The translations under genes and the position numbers were made by a program. From Octopus vulgaris (Eukaryota), in assembly GCA_951406725.2 (NCBI GenBank), contig OX597840.1, positions 3,410,001-3,474,000 of the forward strand: 64,000 nt of DNA, written 5' to 3'. Below the pieces are notes generated by a model. It searched no databases and was not told the DNA's origin. It saw only the letters and a program-made list of their open reading frames with translations. This document shows positions 38,903 through 53,870 of the stretch, one piece after another (the first letter of the stretch is position 1; the number at the start of each line of letters is the position of its first letter).

Positions 38903-39439
38903 ATAAAAGTTTCCCCCAAAAATTTTATCAATGGCCAACATATTAAAAAAAACAACGTTAAAGGTAAAATTTATAAACAACTTATAAACAAGGGCAAAAG
39001 AAAAAATTTCTAATGCCAAATATGCCGAAACTAGACACATCGTCCATAACCATATAATTCATCACTATAAGAAAGCCGACAGAAATTTCTAAAAACATCC
39101 GTTATTACCATATCGGACCCGATTTCAGAGTTAGTTCATAACAACCTTCTCTTCGTCAGTGATAAATGCGGCAATACTTACTTATACCCATGGAAGAAGC
39201 AAGCTCTAAGTCATGAACACAATTAAGCACCCCAAAGATATCCACAATAGAAATTCTCCAGCCAATATATGTATGTATATATACATGCATATGTGTGTAC
39301 AGGACGTCAAAAACGTAGACACAGTGAGAAAGGGAAAACATAAAAACAAAAACAGAAAACTAACTTTATATCGAAAAACGAAAAACAAACAAACAAGCAG
39401 AGAAACGAAACATGCAACGTAAAGGACATTCCCCTTCTT

Positions 39440-39676
39440 CACTTGTCTCTGTTTCATCTCTCCCACGTTACGATGGCAAGGACAATAGGCAACTTCGTTG
39501 TAACAGTTCTTTCTGCAAAACAAATTAAATAAAATTTGGGATTTTTGCGGAGCGTGAAAATCTATTTATGTATATAAATATACATATACACATACATCGT
39601 TATATACGTATATACACCGATACTTATATATGCACATAGGTAGACACACGGAATCAGAATATGCGTGGGAATATTA

Positions 39677-39720
<44 letters not shown>

Positions 39721-40069
39721 TATAGACAGAGATATAAATAGAAAAATACTAAATATATAGATACATACATATATAGTTTGTGTATGTATATAAATATCTT
39801 TATTACCTTGTGTGTATGTGTTTGTCACTGTTTCATCAATTTACTACGCGTCGCGAAGGCAAGGACAATGCGCAACTTCGTTGAAACAGTTCTTTCCGCA
39901 AAACAAATGAAATAAAATTTAGAATTTTTTGCGGAGCGTGAAAATCTATTTATGTATATAAATATACATATACACATACATCGTTATATGCGTATATACA
40001 CCGATACTTACATATACACATACGTAGACACACGGAATCAGAATATGCGCAGGAATACTATATATATAG

Positions 40070-40109
<40 letters not shown>

Positions 40110-40230
40110 ATATATATAGTTGTAGACAGAGATATAAATAGAAAAATACTCAATATATAGATACATACATATATAGTGTTTGTATGTATATAAGTATCTT
40201 TATTTCTTTGTGTGTGTGTGTTTGTGTGCA
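39440..40230. repeat. Diverged tandem duplication, period about 383 bp
   Basis: GGCAAGGACAAT at 39475 and 39858; TTTGCGGAGCGTGAAAATC at 39545 and 39928. Confidence 0.85.
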
Positions 40231-40233
40231 TGT

Positions 40234-40295
<62 letters not shown>

Positions 40296-40305
40296 GTATA
40301 TATAA

Positions 40306-40375
<70 letters not shown>

Positions 40376-40885
40376 ACAACACGGATGTATATAGAGAGAG
40401 ACACATACACACATATACGTAGACACAAAAATAATCATATAAAAACATGCACAAAGACAGACAGACACCCGTACTTCAGCACATATCTAGTATCACTTCT
40501 CTCCATTTTATATTCGTCTCCGTTGTTGTTCTTATTGTTTTTGTTACCGTTGCCGTCGTCGTCGTCGTCGTCGTCATCGGCACCATCATTGTTGCTGCCG
40601 TTGTTCTTGTTCTTGTTGCTGTTTTTGCCTTTACATTCCATTATTCTTCTTCTCCCGCAAAATCGATTTCCCTAAGTACCAAAATTTTCGATAAAGAACA
40701 AGCAGTTGACCTTTGGCATCAACAGCTTTAACGACCGATATCCAGGAGCATCAACCGACTCTCCGCCCTCGCACCCCTGCCAACACATTCCCCCAAGTCC
40801 TAGCTTTCTACATCACCCTTTCACCGCCTACGCCACCACTTGATCACTACTTATCCCCCACATTTCACTCTCTCGATGTTTCTAC

Positions 40886-40947
<62 letters not shown>

Positions 40948-40952
40948 GTCTG

Positions 40953-40988
<36 letters not shown>

Positions 40989-41040
40989 CCTATCTATCTG
41001 TCTGTCTGTCATCTATCTGTTATCTGTCTACATTATCTAA

Positions 41041-41100
<60 letters not shown>

Positions 41101-41294
41101 TCTCTCTCTGTCTCTAACGTCCTTCCGTCTCATGACTGGCTTAAAACTTCAACGCCTACATTCCTTTCAAATACTCCACTCATTCTCTCATCTGCCTTCT
41201 CCTCATCACACTCTCCGTCACCCTACTATATCAACTAGACATTGCACTCAATGCTGGTGGACAGAGATGGGTTGCCGAAATGTCTCACAAATTC

Positions 41295-41337
<43 letters not shown>

Positions 41338-41880
41338 AACACACACACACATACACGGTTATAAATAAAGATATTATATAAACGTATGTATATATGTGTG
41401 TATGCATGTATATGTATATGAGCATATAAACATACATAAAAAAGGTAATTGAACATTCACATACATTCGTTAACACACATACATAAGACAGTTACACATA
41501 CAAATAGGAACCTGCAGATATTTTTACGCACACACACATACATACCCATGCACACATATTCCCAAATATAGGCACGTAAACGCCATTAAGCATAAGCCAT
41601 AAATATATATATGTATATATTCACAAATACAGTTAAATCATCTATATGCACTAATAAAAATAAGCAGACACAAAATGATAGACGCAAATACAAACAGGTT
41701 CATACGTATACACATTGCACACAAATATACTTGCAAACACACCGACAACAAAATGTCGGTTCCGTGTCAAGTTTGAAGCCTCGTTTTCGACAGAACGTCT
41801 AACGAAGAATAAATAGTCTTCCTAACATTGCCATCTACCTTGTCCTTGTACATACATACAGAGATACATACATTGTATAA

Positions 41881-41911
<31 letters not shown>

Positions 41912-41961
41912 TGTATTTATTTATTTGTGTGTATATACGTACATGTGTTAAAGTGAGAATA

Positions 41962-42097
41962 TATTGGGTTGTCCGGAAAGTTCGTGCCGATTTTTAAAGG
42001 AAAGAAGGTCAATAAATACTTGCCATTACATTTTTAATCAACCAAATATGAACCATTTTGTTGCACAGTGCGTCTCCATCCTTCCTTTAACTTTCCT

Positions 42098-42098
<1 letters not shown>
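41962..42098 (-). mobile_element. mariner 3' end: transposase C-terminus plus TIR
   Basis: TA followed by TTGGGTTGTCCGGAAAGTTCGTGCCGATTT; minus strand KLKEGWRRTVQQNGSYLVD*. Confidence 0.75.
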
Positions 42099-42129
<31 letters not shown>

Positions 42130-42171
42130 TGTATGTATGTATGAATGTATGTATGTATGTATGTATGTATA

Positions 42172-42552
42172 AGGGTATTCCTTTGATTCTGACAATGCAA
42201 TGTCTGTGCAAGACCTTGCCCCAGTAAAGCTGGACTCATGAGTCATCTTCGTAGTCATAAAACGAGACAGATGAGCGACAACCTGGCCACTGGTGGTGGT
42301 GTAACACACCATACTAGTCATATCTGTCGGGCAGAGAGTGTAATTCGGCAGGAAGACTTGAACGACATGCAAAGGTACATGAAGCCCAGTTACAACTACA
42401 GCCGGCTATTACCAGTAAAGGTTTTGGTTGCCAATTCTGTACAAGACATTGTAGATCTTTAGCTGGGCTAAAAAGTCACATTCGATCACAGCACCAGTAA
42501 CAGTTAAGCTTCGTGCAATGGCCATACTCTATAACGAAGGGGCAGCCATCAT
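42172..42552 (+). mobile_element. LINE 3' end (probably RTE-type) encoding three C2H2 zinc fingers, between (TATG)n tracts
   Basis: CNVC-x12-HLRSH; a damaged middle finger xHIC/GRECNSAGRLERHAKVH; CQFC-x12-HIRSQH*; short UTR GGCCATACTC..CGAAGGGGCAGCCA. Confidence 0.7.
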
Positions 42553-42589
42553 ATATGTATGTATGTATGTATGTATTTATGTATGTATA

Positions 42590-42927
42590 CCTGTAGATTT
42601 GTATGTTTTGTTTTATGTATCTCTTCTCATGCATATACCTGCATATCTAAACATACCCATATATACTTAAATGGTTAACTGGAAAGTTTTACAGATGTTT
42701 AGAGTTCCAGTGACGGCTTGAATCTGTGGTCTTCGAATCCGTTTTTCTCTCTTTTGGTTTTGTGAATCCTAATTTCTCAAGATTGGTATTTAGCCAGCGT
42801 GTTACGTATCGCAGGGCCACAACAATTACAAGTATAAACTCGAATTTGTAATCTGGATAGAGTCACTACAGATTTCTCAATAGTTTAGCGTAGGTATTTG
42901 ATTTTTCACTGACTTTCACTGACTTTC
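42590..42927 (-). mobile_element. 3' end of a second RLE-type non-LTR element, tail-to-tail with the zinc-finger LINE
   Basis: Minus strand KVSEKSNTYAKLLRNL**LYPDYKFEFILVIVVALRYV..LEKLGF..GTLNICKTF resembles the K-x2-Y..PVIIGALG restriction-like endonuclease terminus. Confidence 0.65.
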
Positions 42928-42937
42928 AACACACACT

Positions 42938-43005
<68 letters not shown>

Positions 43006-43163
43006 AATAAGAAAATGGAGAAACACATTAGTTTAGGATATTAGAATGTTGCCTTATTTATTTATCAAAACTACAACCATAATAACATACATATATACAG
43101 TCTAAAATTCAATACATTTAAGATAAGAATAGAAGTACTTATTAAAAACACATTAATATAAAT

Positions 43164-43230
<67 letters not shown>

Positions 43231-43894
43231 GCGCACGCGCATGCATTCAGACATTTATGAAAACATGAACTTCAAAATGTATATGCGTATACATGTATAC
43301 TTATATGTATATACACACATACGCCAGTGGAAACTTACTGCATATGTTATAGCTGATAGATTTGGCAATTGTGCAAAGACAATTCGAAATACTGTCACAT
43401 TTTAGACAACTCCTAACATCATTCTCCGCTTACAGCCACCATGCCGCCATTTAAATATAATCACTCTCAGCGAAAACCCATTATCAATCCCATTCACTTA
43501 AGAGGAAGCTGACAGTCACGTGACATGCACACGACAGTCACGTGATCTAGCTTTGTCCGAATCCTTTCATACTTTCGTGTCATTGTTTTAGCGTTTCCTG
43601 CTTTTTCTTTTATTTCATTTAAAGATTTTATTAATGTGAGTGTCACTGTTGTTCAGTCCCAGCTCGAACTTACTAGATAAAAACTATTCTAGCCGTGACC
43701 ATCCCGTCGTGACCACCTCTTCGTGATTTTCTCCACATATTTCACGCAATCGACGACCGAGTACTACACAAAATTACTTAAATGTTGTATTACATATTAT
43801 TTTTAAGGATGGTAACTATATTTATTTAACGAAAGTCCGGTTGCTATTTATAGCTTGCTCATTCTTCAAAATAGGAGCATCGTGTGCAGTTTGT

Positions 43895-44200
43895 GGAGGC
43901 ACATGGCGCAGTGGTTAAGCAGCGGACTCGCGATCGAGGGATTGCGGGTTCGAATCTCAGACCGGGCGATGTGTGTGTTTATGAGCGAAACACCTAAGCT
44001 CCACGCGGCTCCAGCAGAAGGTAATGCCGAAATTCTGCTGACACTTTCGCCACGACTTTCTCTCACTCATTCCCCCTGCATCTTTCAGCTCACCTGCGAC
44101 AAACCGGCGTCCAGTCCAGGTGGGGAACCTATACGCCAAAGAAACCGGGAAACGGCCGTTATGAGCCAGGCGGGGCACGAGAAGGAACAAACATCAACAA
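43895..44200 (+). mobile_element. SINE family C, full length
   Basis: A box TGGCGCAGTGG, B box GGTTCGAATCT, 3' AGAAACCGGGAAA..TATGAGCC, (AAC)-like tail. Confidence 0.85.
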
Positions 44201-44499
44201 CATCATCGTGTGCGGTTTGAAAGAAATTTGACTATTATTTCTAGCAAGTCAAACAAATATATAGCGGCCCTCTTCTTCGGTAATGTGATTCGGGGGATTT
44301 TGGTGGTATACCTGGTAATATCGGTGGTTCTTGTGTTTGTGAAGGGTAGATGTTTGATTGATCAGACTGTGTTTTAAACGATCTTATCTGACATATATCC
44401 GTATGTCGAGGTATAGCACACACACACACACATACACACACAAGCACGCACATACACCCACACACATATATATATGGCCAGACATGTAATGTACTATCA

Positions 44500-44686
44500 G
44501 AACGCTCGTGTGTGCATCAGCAACAAATTAAAAATCCAGAAGTCCGCCAAATACCAGTGAGTAACCATCTGGCAACATGTGGTCGGAAAACTATTAAGAT
44601 ATTCCCATTTCATAACCTTTACAACTTGAATGACATTGAGAGAAAACTGAGAGAAAAGGAGTTTATTAAGAAATTCAAACCCAAGA
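44500..44686 (+). pseudogene. Penelope-like element GIY-YIG endonuclease C-terminal fragment
   Basis: VHQQQIKNPEVRQIPVSNHLATCG..IFPF..RKLREKEFIKKFKPK; has the H..H..E-x2-FI pattern. Confidence 0.65.
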
Positions 44687-45037
44687 TTAGGGAGAAAGAG
44701 ACAGACAGACACAGACAGACAGAGATAGAGATGAAAAGAGAGAGGGGTAGACGTAAAAATAAATAAATAAATATTCAGGTGAGCTAGAAAGAAGTTAGAT
44801 AGCATTATATGAAATGAAGCCAGTGGTGTCTGTCGTAGATACAGAGGTAAAAACTGGAACAAGATAGAGTTTGTGACAAAGCAAACAGGGTGAACACATG
44901 ACATATGGTACACACATGCATACACATATATATTCATACATATATGTATACATACGTATTCATGTACGCATATATAGATATACATACATACACATATTCA
45001 TACCTACATATATATATATATATATATATATAGTACA

Positions 45038-45190
45038 GAGTGGTTGGTGTTAGGAAGGGCATCCAGCCGTAAATATCCTGCCCAGACAGGCACAGTAGCC
45101 TAGGGTAGTTTTCTATTTCACAGGCTCCTCTCAACCATTCTTCCCATGCATGTATAGAAGACGGACGTTAAACGATAATGATGATGATAC
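45038..45190 (+). mobile_element. SINE-like 3' fragment with (GAT)n tail
   Basis: GGTTGGTGTTAGGAAGGGCATCCAGCCGTAAA..CGGACGTTAAACGATAATGATGATGAT. Confidence 0.45.
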
Positions 45191-45204
45191 TGAAGTGATA
45201 TATA

Positions 45205-45240
<36 letters not shown>

Positions 45241-47184
45241 TGTATGTATGTATGTATGTATGTATGTATGTATGTATGTATGTATGTATGTACGTACGTA
45301 TGTATGTATGTATGTATGTATGTATGTATGTATGTATGTATACATGTATGTATGAATGTATTATGATTGTATGCATGTATGTATGTATATATTATAATTG
45401 TATGTATATATGTATGTATGTATATATGTATGTATGTATGAATGTATTATGATTGTATGCATGTATGTATGTATTGATTGTATGTATGTATGTATGTATG
45501 TATGTATGTATGTATGTATGTTTGTATGTATGTATGTATGTATATGCGTGTATGTTTCCAACAATAAGTCTATACCAAAAAACAGGCGACTAAGACGGGT
45601 GCCAGGAATTTAATGAGTGAAAAGAGAATAGCAATAGACAAAAGAGAACTAGATACGCTGAATCCCTCATCAACTATCGACTGATATTTCGAAATAAATA
45701 CACATGTATGCGTATGAGTGTAGTCGTGTGTGTGAGTGTGTCGGTTAATACCGCTGTAGAAAACTATTCAACAATTAAGCCCTAAAATTTTGTTATGAAT
45801 TCATTTTTAACAGAAAATGTTACCAGCCATAAACGTATCAAATTAAAAGAGGTACCTACCCTTGAAGTAACACGAGATTATATTGTTCGTTCTATGAGTT
45901 ATGCAAAGTGGAATAGATCAAGTATAAATCAGAAGTGAGCATTACTAAATGGAATCTCAACATATAGTATAACCACAAGATTCTTATAAGTGAATGTTGT
46001 TTTAAGCATCGTTATTTTAAGCATATCTCAGTAACAGCGAAAGCACACATGCAAAAAGCGTTACCAAATTACGACCGATATTTAAAGGAATATTTTACAG
46101 CTATTGATAACAAGTTGGAAATTTGGATAGAAAAGGTGCAGTTTATTTACAGCTGAAAAGAGATTCGTTCTGAAAGAAACAATAACAGGTTTGTAAATTA
46201 TTTGAAGACAGAACAAGAATTCGTTCAGAGATATTTCCACTTTGAAAAACGGTTGCCACAATGAAATAAAGGAATGAAGTTGTAAATAACGCTACTTTAA
46301 ACAGAAATCATCTTTCAGCAAGAGGGAAAAACAAAAATGGAAGAATATTACTAAATTTCATCCTGTATTTAAAAGAATTTGATACTGATTTTGACAACGC
46401 GTCGAAAATGCTAGAAAGTTGCAAAGCAATGGAACAAAAGGATGCAATTTAAATATAGCCGAAAATAGTCTCATTTTAAATAACAATAACAACTCCGTTA
46501 ATTACATGAAGAGTTGACTAGAATTCATTATAAAATATAGCAACATCAAAAGACACTCGCTACAATTTTGGAAATGTACTCCGACATCGGATTCGGCAAG
46601 CTAAAACTAAGATGTCACATACTCACTCGAACTCTTGAGCATCTTATGGAGACAATTTATTCCTTTGATTTCCATTTTCTCAATTATTTTCTCCACAATT
46701 CTCAAAACAATAATTTGCTATTATACAACCATCAGCTTTTATTTTCACTACTTAACGGTTATATATATATATATATTATATGCGGAATAAGTGAATAAAT
46801 CTTATAAATATATTGAAATGTATATGGTGTATATAATTATGTACATCTATATACATACTCGAAATACTAACTTATGTATGTGAATAGTTAATATGCATGT
46901 ATGCATGCGTGCGTACGTCACATAGTATCTGTTTATACAATACGTAGTATATGTTTATAGGCACATATATATATGTGTATGTATATATATATATATCTAT
47001 ATATATATATATATATAGGGAGAGAGATAGACAGACTGAGAGAGAGATTGGTGTATATGCATATACATATATATATACACACACACACATATATATATAC
47101 TCACATACATAAACGCATATATATATAAATATGTAAGTACTTTACGAGTGTACGCATCTATAAATATATCCATATATGTGTGTG

Positions 47185-47222
<38 letters not shown>

Positions 47223-47238
47223 TATGTATATTTATATG

Positions 47239-47339
<101 letters not shown>

Positions 47340-47637
47340 CTGTGTGTGTGTACATACATAGCTATATCTACACTTACAAATGTTTACCTATGTGTCTATG
47401 TATAATTACATATGTGCATATAAATTTGAATACATATAAATTTATATATACTTACAAAGATGCGGTTTGTGCATACTTATGTGTATATGTATGTACTATC
47501 GAACATACACACAGATATAACCATACATAGATACGAATGTATGCATATATATATATATATGTACATATGTATATAAATGAATATATACCTAGCTATATAT
47601 ATATGTATATATATACACTTAGATGTAAAAATATATA

Positions 47638-47676
<39 letters not shown>

Positions 47677-48540
47677 ATATATAACTCATATGACCTCATA
47701 TATATACATACATATATGAATGTATATATACACATACACATGTGTGTGTATGTATATACATACATACATACCTATATACATACATATTTGCATACATACA
47801 TACATTCATACATACATACACACACACATACACACATACATACACACATACATACATACATACATACATACATACTTACAAACATACATACGTATATACA
47901 TACATACATACATACATATATACATACATACATACATACATACATACATACATACATACATACATACATACATACATACATACATACATACATACATACA
48001 TACATACATACTTACAAACATACATACATACATACATACATACATACATAAATACCCACATACATACATACATACATACATACATACAAACACCCACATA
48101 CATACATACATACATACATACATACATACATACATACATACATACATACATACATACATACATACATACATACATACATACATACATACGTAGATACATA
48201 CATACATATATCACAGTATTGATTGAATGATGCGATCAAACGACAACAAGCAAAAGATTTAATTAAAAATTCTGCCATTATGCTTAAGTAATGTTCTGAT
48301 TACGGCAGAAGTCTCATCAATTGAGATGTCAAAGAAGAATACATCGCAAAATAAAAGAAAAAAACAAGAGAAACCATCTTAATGATTCCAATGTTACGCT
48401 TTGCCATTTATATTATGTTACAATGGATATGTAGCTATAATTAAATCAGCATGAAGAGAGAGACACTCGCAGACACTGAAATGCAAGCTCTGACACACAT
48501 TGAAGCACTTGTATACCTGCGCATGCGCCACGGAGTCACT

Positions 48541-48657
<117 letters not shown>

Positions 48658-48718
48658 CAGTGTGTGTGTATGTCAGTGTGTGTGTGTGTGTATACATATA
48701 TATATATGTATGTATATA

Positions 48719-48783
<65 letters not shown>

Positions 48784-49229
48784 ATTTGTGAGTGTGTGTG
48801 TGTGTGCATTCGTGCACGTGTATGTGTCAATAAGGAGGGAGAGAGAAAGTGGATGAAGGAGAGAGAGAGAGAGAGAGAGAGAGTGGCAGGGAGGGACAAA
48901 GAAAGAATGGTAGACAAATGCGATGATATTCTATGTATAACCTTCGTCACTAGGTACTGATGTTACAATTAGAAGCATCCATAGATACACACTTATGTGT
49001 GCATGTATGTATATACATATGTGTATACACAGATACATGTTTGCAAACATATATATATGCGTGTGTGCGTGTGAGTGTGTGTGTTTGCACACATGTACAT
49101 ACATATAGGTAGATAGATAGACAGACAGACAGACAAACAGATAGATATATAGATAGATATATGTTATATGTATAAATAATTATATTCAATATTTTATAAA
49201 ATGTATGATATATATATATATAAATATAA

Positions 49230-49286
<57 letters not shown>

Positions 49287-49420
49287 TGTATATATGCATG
49301 CATGTATATATGTATGAACGTGTATACATATATGTGTTTGTATGCGTATCTGAATCTGTGTGTATATGTATGTGCACATATATATATATAAATATGTATA
49401 TATATATATATGTATAAAAA

Positions 49421-49472
<52 letters not shown>

Positions 49473-49932
49473 AAAACACACACATGCCTATATGCAGACA
49501 TATACACGTGCATACATACCTAGCGCAAAAGAGCCGTCTGGGATGAGCAGGCGGGAGAGTATTCAATACATGATACGGTGTGTAACTATGTTTATGCCGA
49601 CGATTTCAGCAACCATTACTTCAATTTTTCCTGTATGTTTGATCAGTCAGACGACCATGTTAATATCTGCAATGGAAAACATAACGGTGCTCAGGAGTAC
49701 GCATAGAGCAAACTGTCTTTCATTAAGCGGCGCAGACTGCGTGACGTAGCGTACAGTACTTGTAATGGGAGATAATTAGCAACTGCAAAAAAAAGGACAT
49801 CTTTCTGAAATGGAGTTAATTATCTCTGTCTTTTATCTTTTACACTACTTGTTTCAGTCATCGGTCTACCGGCCAAGCTGGGGCACCGACCTCATGATTT
49901 TTGTACATACATACACACACACAAACTCATGC

Positions 49933-50001
<69 letters not shown>

Positions 50002-50059
50002 CATATATATATATATAACATTATTACATACATACATACATGTATATATGAATATATAT

Positions 50060-50214
50060 TTCTCTCTCTCTTTTGTTTTTTCTGTGTTCCTTTCTGTAGA
50101 AGAGCGTAGGCTCCAAACGTAAAAGACTTTTTCTATTCCTGAGCGTTATACTAATGCATATGTTTGTTTTGTACACCACCTGTCTTCGTCTTTTGTTTTT
50201 TCGTAAACTCTCCC

Positions 50215-50218
<4 letters not shown>
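50060..50218 (+). mobile_element. Second copy of the 1398-1651 Penelope-type repeat with degenerate hammerhead (50090-50125)
   Basis: CTTT-CTGTAGA-A-GAGC-GTAG-GCTC-CAAACGTA-AAAG then TTCCTGAGCG..ATACTAAT..CCACCTG.CTTCGTC. Confidence 0.6.
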
Positions 50219-50269
<51 letters not shown>

Positions 50270-51271
50270 GCATACAGACAGTTATATATGTATTGTCCGA
50301 AACAGTAAGGACTTCGGCTATACTAGACTGAGGAAAGAACAACGAATGACTCGTTTTATTTTTTCTAATTGTTGTTTCCCTTGTCCGCCTTTGTATCGTC
50401 TATCTGTCCGAATGTTTTTATCCTCTATTGCGTTTTTGTTCCCTTTCTTGTATTTATATATACATAAAGCGGCGTACGTACACACTTGTGCTCACCTTAT
50501 AGTATGTATCTAAATATCGTACTTTTCTTTAACTCTGTCGTTTTGTCCACCTCATACTTTCTTCCTCTTTTCTTTTTCTCGCTCCCCCTCTCTTTCTCAC
50601 ATTTCTTGGCCCTCTCTTTATTTAACTCCCACTTTTCCCCTTCGTTTATCTGCCCTGTACCTTTCCCTTTGTCTCTAATTTTTTATCTAATCCTTCAATC
50701 CCGTTGCTCCCTACCCCTTTCTCTTCCTTCCACATGACTGGTGTCCAGCCAGCCATGATCTTTCTTTCTTGGCCTGACTGCCGACCGCTAACATCTCTTA
50801 TGTCCATCTCCTATATTCCTGCCTTTAGGCTTTCACTTAATACACGTCAACTCAATTTGATTCGTTCTCAATCGAAAGACACCTGTTGTTATATTCTTGT
50901 TGTTTGTATTTGTAATTGTGTACCATGTTCTCCGGGTTTTTTGTCTCTCTTGCCGTACACATTCGCTAGCTTTCTTACAAAAAAGTCTAATACTCTTAGC
51001 CTAGACATTTTTTGGTGGGTGAGGGCAACCAGAATAAACTGTCTCAAATTTAACTGCCCGAAAGCGTAAGGGCTTCTGGTATACTTGACTCAGGAAAAAA
51101 GGCCACGAATGAGCCGGGGTTTTTTGCCTGTCCTTCTAATTGTTGTTTTTCCTGTCCTCCATTGCGTCTTTGTTCCATTTGATATATATATATATATATA
51201 TATGGGGGGAACGCGTGCGTGTGTGTGCATGTATGTATATATGCGTGTACTGCTGGATCCATCCACTATTA

Positions 51272-51766
51272 CTTCTTAAAACCTGGAAAAAACATTACTG
51301 CAGAAACATATTTGAATGAAATTGCGTAAATGAACGAAAAACTGCTACTCATCCGTCCCAGACTGGTCAACAGAAGAGGGCCAATCATTCTTCATGATAA
51401 TGCTTGACCACACGTTTTACTAATGATTCAGCAGAAATTGAGGGAACTTGGCTACGGGGTTCTTCCCCACCCAGCTTATTCCCTATACCGTTCTCCTACC
51501 GTATACCACTTTTTCAAGTACCTTAATGGTTTCCTGCGAGAGAAGGAGTTCCAGAATCAAACCGATCCTGAAAGTGCGTTGAAAGAGTTCTTCAGCTCCA
51601 GAACTCCAGATTTTTATGTTACCGGAATAAACAAACTTGTAACTCATTGGCAAAAATGTGTTGATCGTAATGGTAATTAGTTTGATGAATAAAATTTCTG
51701 CATTGTTGAAATATATTGTGATGAATTTCATGTTTCAAAACATTGCTTACTTTTTACTCAGCCTGA
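51272..51766 (+). pseudogene. mariner transposase 3' half (decayed) with 3' TIR and TA
   Basis: FLKPGKNITAETY..LVNRRGPIILHDNA*PH..LPHPAYSLYRSPTVYHFF..GINKLVTHWQKCVD; TIR AAAACATTGCTTACTTTTTACTCAGCCTGA then TA. Confidence 0.9.
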
Positions 51767-52535
51767 TATATATATATACCTATATATGTATGTGTTTTGT
51801 TTGTTCGCCGGTTTTTGCTGCATATAGCGCTTGGTGGACGACTCCCTCAATACGTTGGGTCATATTACTTACAGGTATTTTAACAGCCAGTGTATCGAGG
51901 GAGTCCTTCCTCACGGCGCTATAGGGCCGATAGCCACTGAGAAGGTTGCAAAGAAGCAACGAAAGAGCTTTGATAAAAAAATAGGATATTTAATAAATGA
52001 GTAGAATTGAACCAGTGTGTGTGTTAATTATATTTGCATGATGATCGTCCCTAGACACAACGAAATGCGTTTCAATACAAGAATACACATGAAGAATGTT
52101 GTAAACCAGTTACAAATATGAGGTTTCTTTCAGTTTTGCGTTTCTCAAATTCAATCACAAAGCTTTGATTGCCCGGTGCCTATAGTAGAAGACGTTTTAT
52201 TTTAAGAATTTTTTTATTCCTATGAACTACAGTGCGTGTGTTTTTCTTGAAGGAATGACTCACTCAAAATACATCAGAATGTATACATGTATATATGTAA
52301 AATTTTGATTGTGTGTGAAGATCTTTTCATTGATCGGCAGGAAAATAACAAAAAAAAAAGAAAAATAATTATCTCAAGTATAATTATTATTATCAATATT
52401 ATTATTATTATTATTACCATTATTTTTATTACTCGTTATCTTTTCTTTGAAGAGCACAATCATGTTTGGGTTTTGAGCTAAAACAATGGAGGTGTTATGA
52501 CACGTGCTGTCACAGTATATCTGTATAGAGGGGAC

Positions 52536-52888
52536 CATCATCATAATCGGTATCATCATCATCATCATCATCATCATCATTATCATCATCATCAACTTCA
52601 GCTTTATAGCTATCGTCAATAGTAACCGGAGTTTAGCTTACCATGGGTTTGCACATGTGGTCAGTAACTTCATCGTCGTAATCGTCGTCCACCACCTCCT
52701 CCTCATCATCATCATCATTATCAACATCATCGTCAACATCGTCATCGTCATCGTCATCGTCATCAAGACCAGCATTGTCGTTATCATCAGCTTCATTGCC
52801 ACGCCTATTACCCCCGTGAATGCTACGATAAGGATCGAAATAGGTGCCGTCGTTATCGACGTAATCATCATCATCATCGTCATCATCG

Positions 52889-52928
<40 letters not shown>

Positions 52929-53083
52929 TATCATCATCATCAGTATAATATTTATCATCGTATTCATCATCATAACGGTCGCCATCATGTTTATAACTAT
53001 ATTTACTACCACCGCGAATTTCATTAATGAGAGCTTCCACATCATCATCATCATTACGATCATCATCGCAATCCTCATATTCG

Positions 53084-53139
<56 letters not shown>

Positions 53140-53709
53140 TTCATCATCATCATCATCATATGCGTCACCATACCCGTCGCTGTCATTCTGGCTATCCTCC
53201 TCACGAACACGAACTCCCCTGTCGTATTCAGAACTGCGTATATTGGCACCACCAAAGACAATCCTAGCGTGAGGTCTACCGCGGTCATCGTACACCAGCG
53301 TTGCTACACCATCGTGGCAACGAGCCCCGAAAGCTTGCCTGTCGCCAACGATGCCCTCAATAAAAGCAGCATCAGTCACATCGTCGTTTACATCACTTGG
53401 AACATTGCTCGCATCGTCATCCACATCATAAAGATTGCGAGGTTTTAAATAGAAGCCGCCATTGCTGATTGGTCTGATTCTAATGTATGCCATCGCTGTT
53501 GTGATTGTTGTTGTGATTGTGGTTGTTGTTGTTGCTGTTGTTGTTGCTGTTGTTACAAATGAGTATGTTGGGTCTGAGACTCAACTTGCTGTTCTTGCTG
53601 CTGCTGCGGCTGCTGCTGCGGCTGCTGCTGCTGTCTCAGTTGTTGCTTTTCGCGGATTTGACTTCCTCAGTCCTGTTGACTTAAATCAGGTTGCTTTTAT
53701 ATAGTCCGC

Positions 53710-53773
<64 letters not shown>

Positions 53774-53777
53774 AAGA

Positions 53778-53828
<51 letters not shown>

Positions 53829-53870
53829 TGTAGAGTAGCGGCAGCATCAATAGTAGTAGCAGCAGCAGTT
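52536..53870. repeat. Degenerate (ATC)n, (GTT)n, (GCT)n and (AGT)n triplet mosaic
   Basis: Direct inspection. Confidence 0.85.

Noticed and set aside
39420-39480. Further hammerhead-like remnants (also ~41250, ~45670, ~50310, ~55200)
   Set aside because: Cores or stems too degraded to build a full fold
43511-43546. Tandem GACAGTCACGTGA E-box-like motifs
   Set aside because: Short duplication with no promoter context; function unsupported
45780-46600. A-rich stretches that look like decayed coding sequence (also 4220-5260, 5900-6220, 12640-13060, 59620-59990)
   Set aside because: Many stops and no motif I can assign confidently; needs translated profile searches
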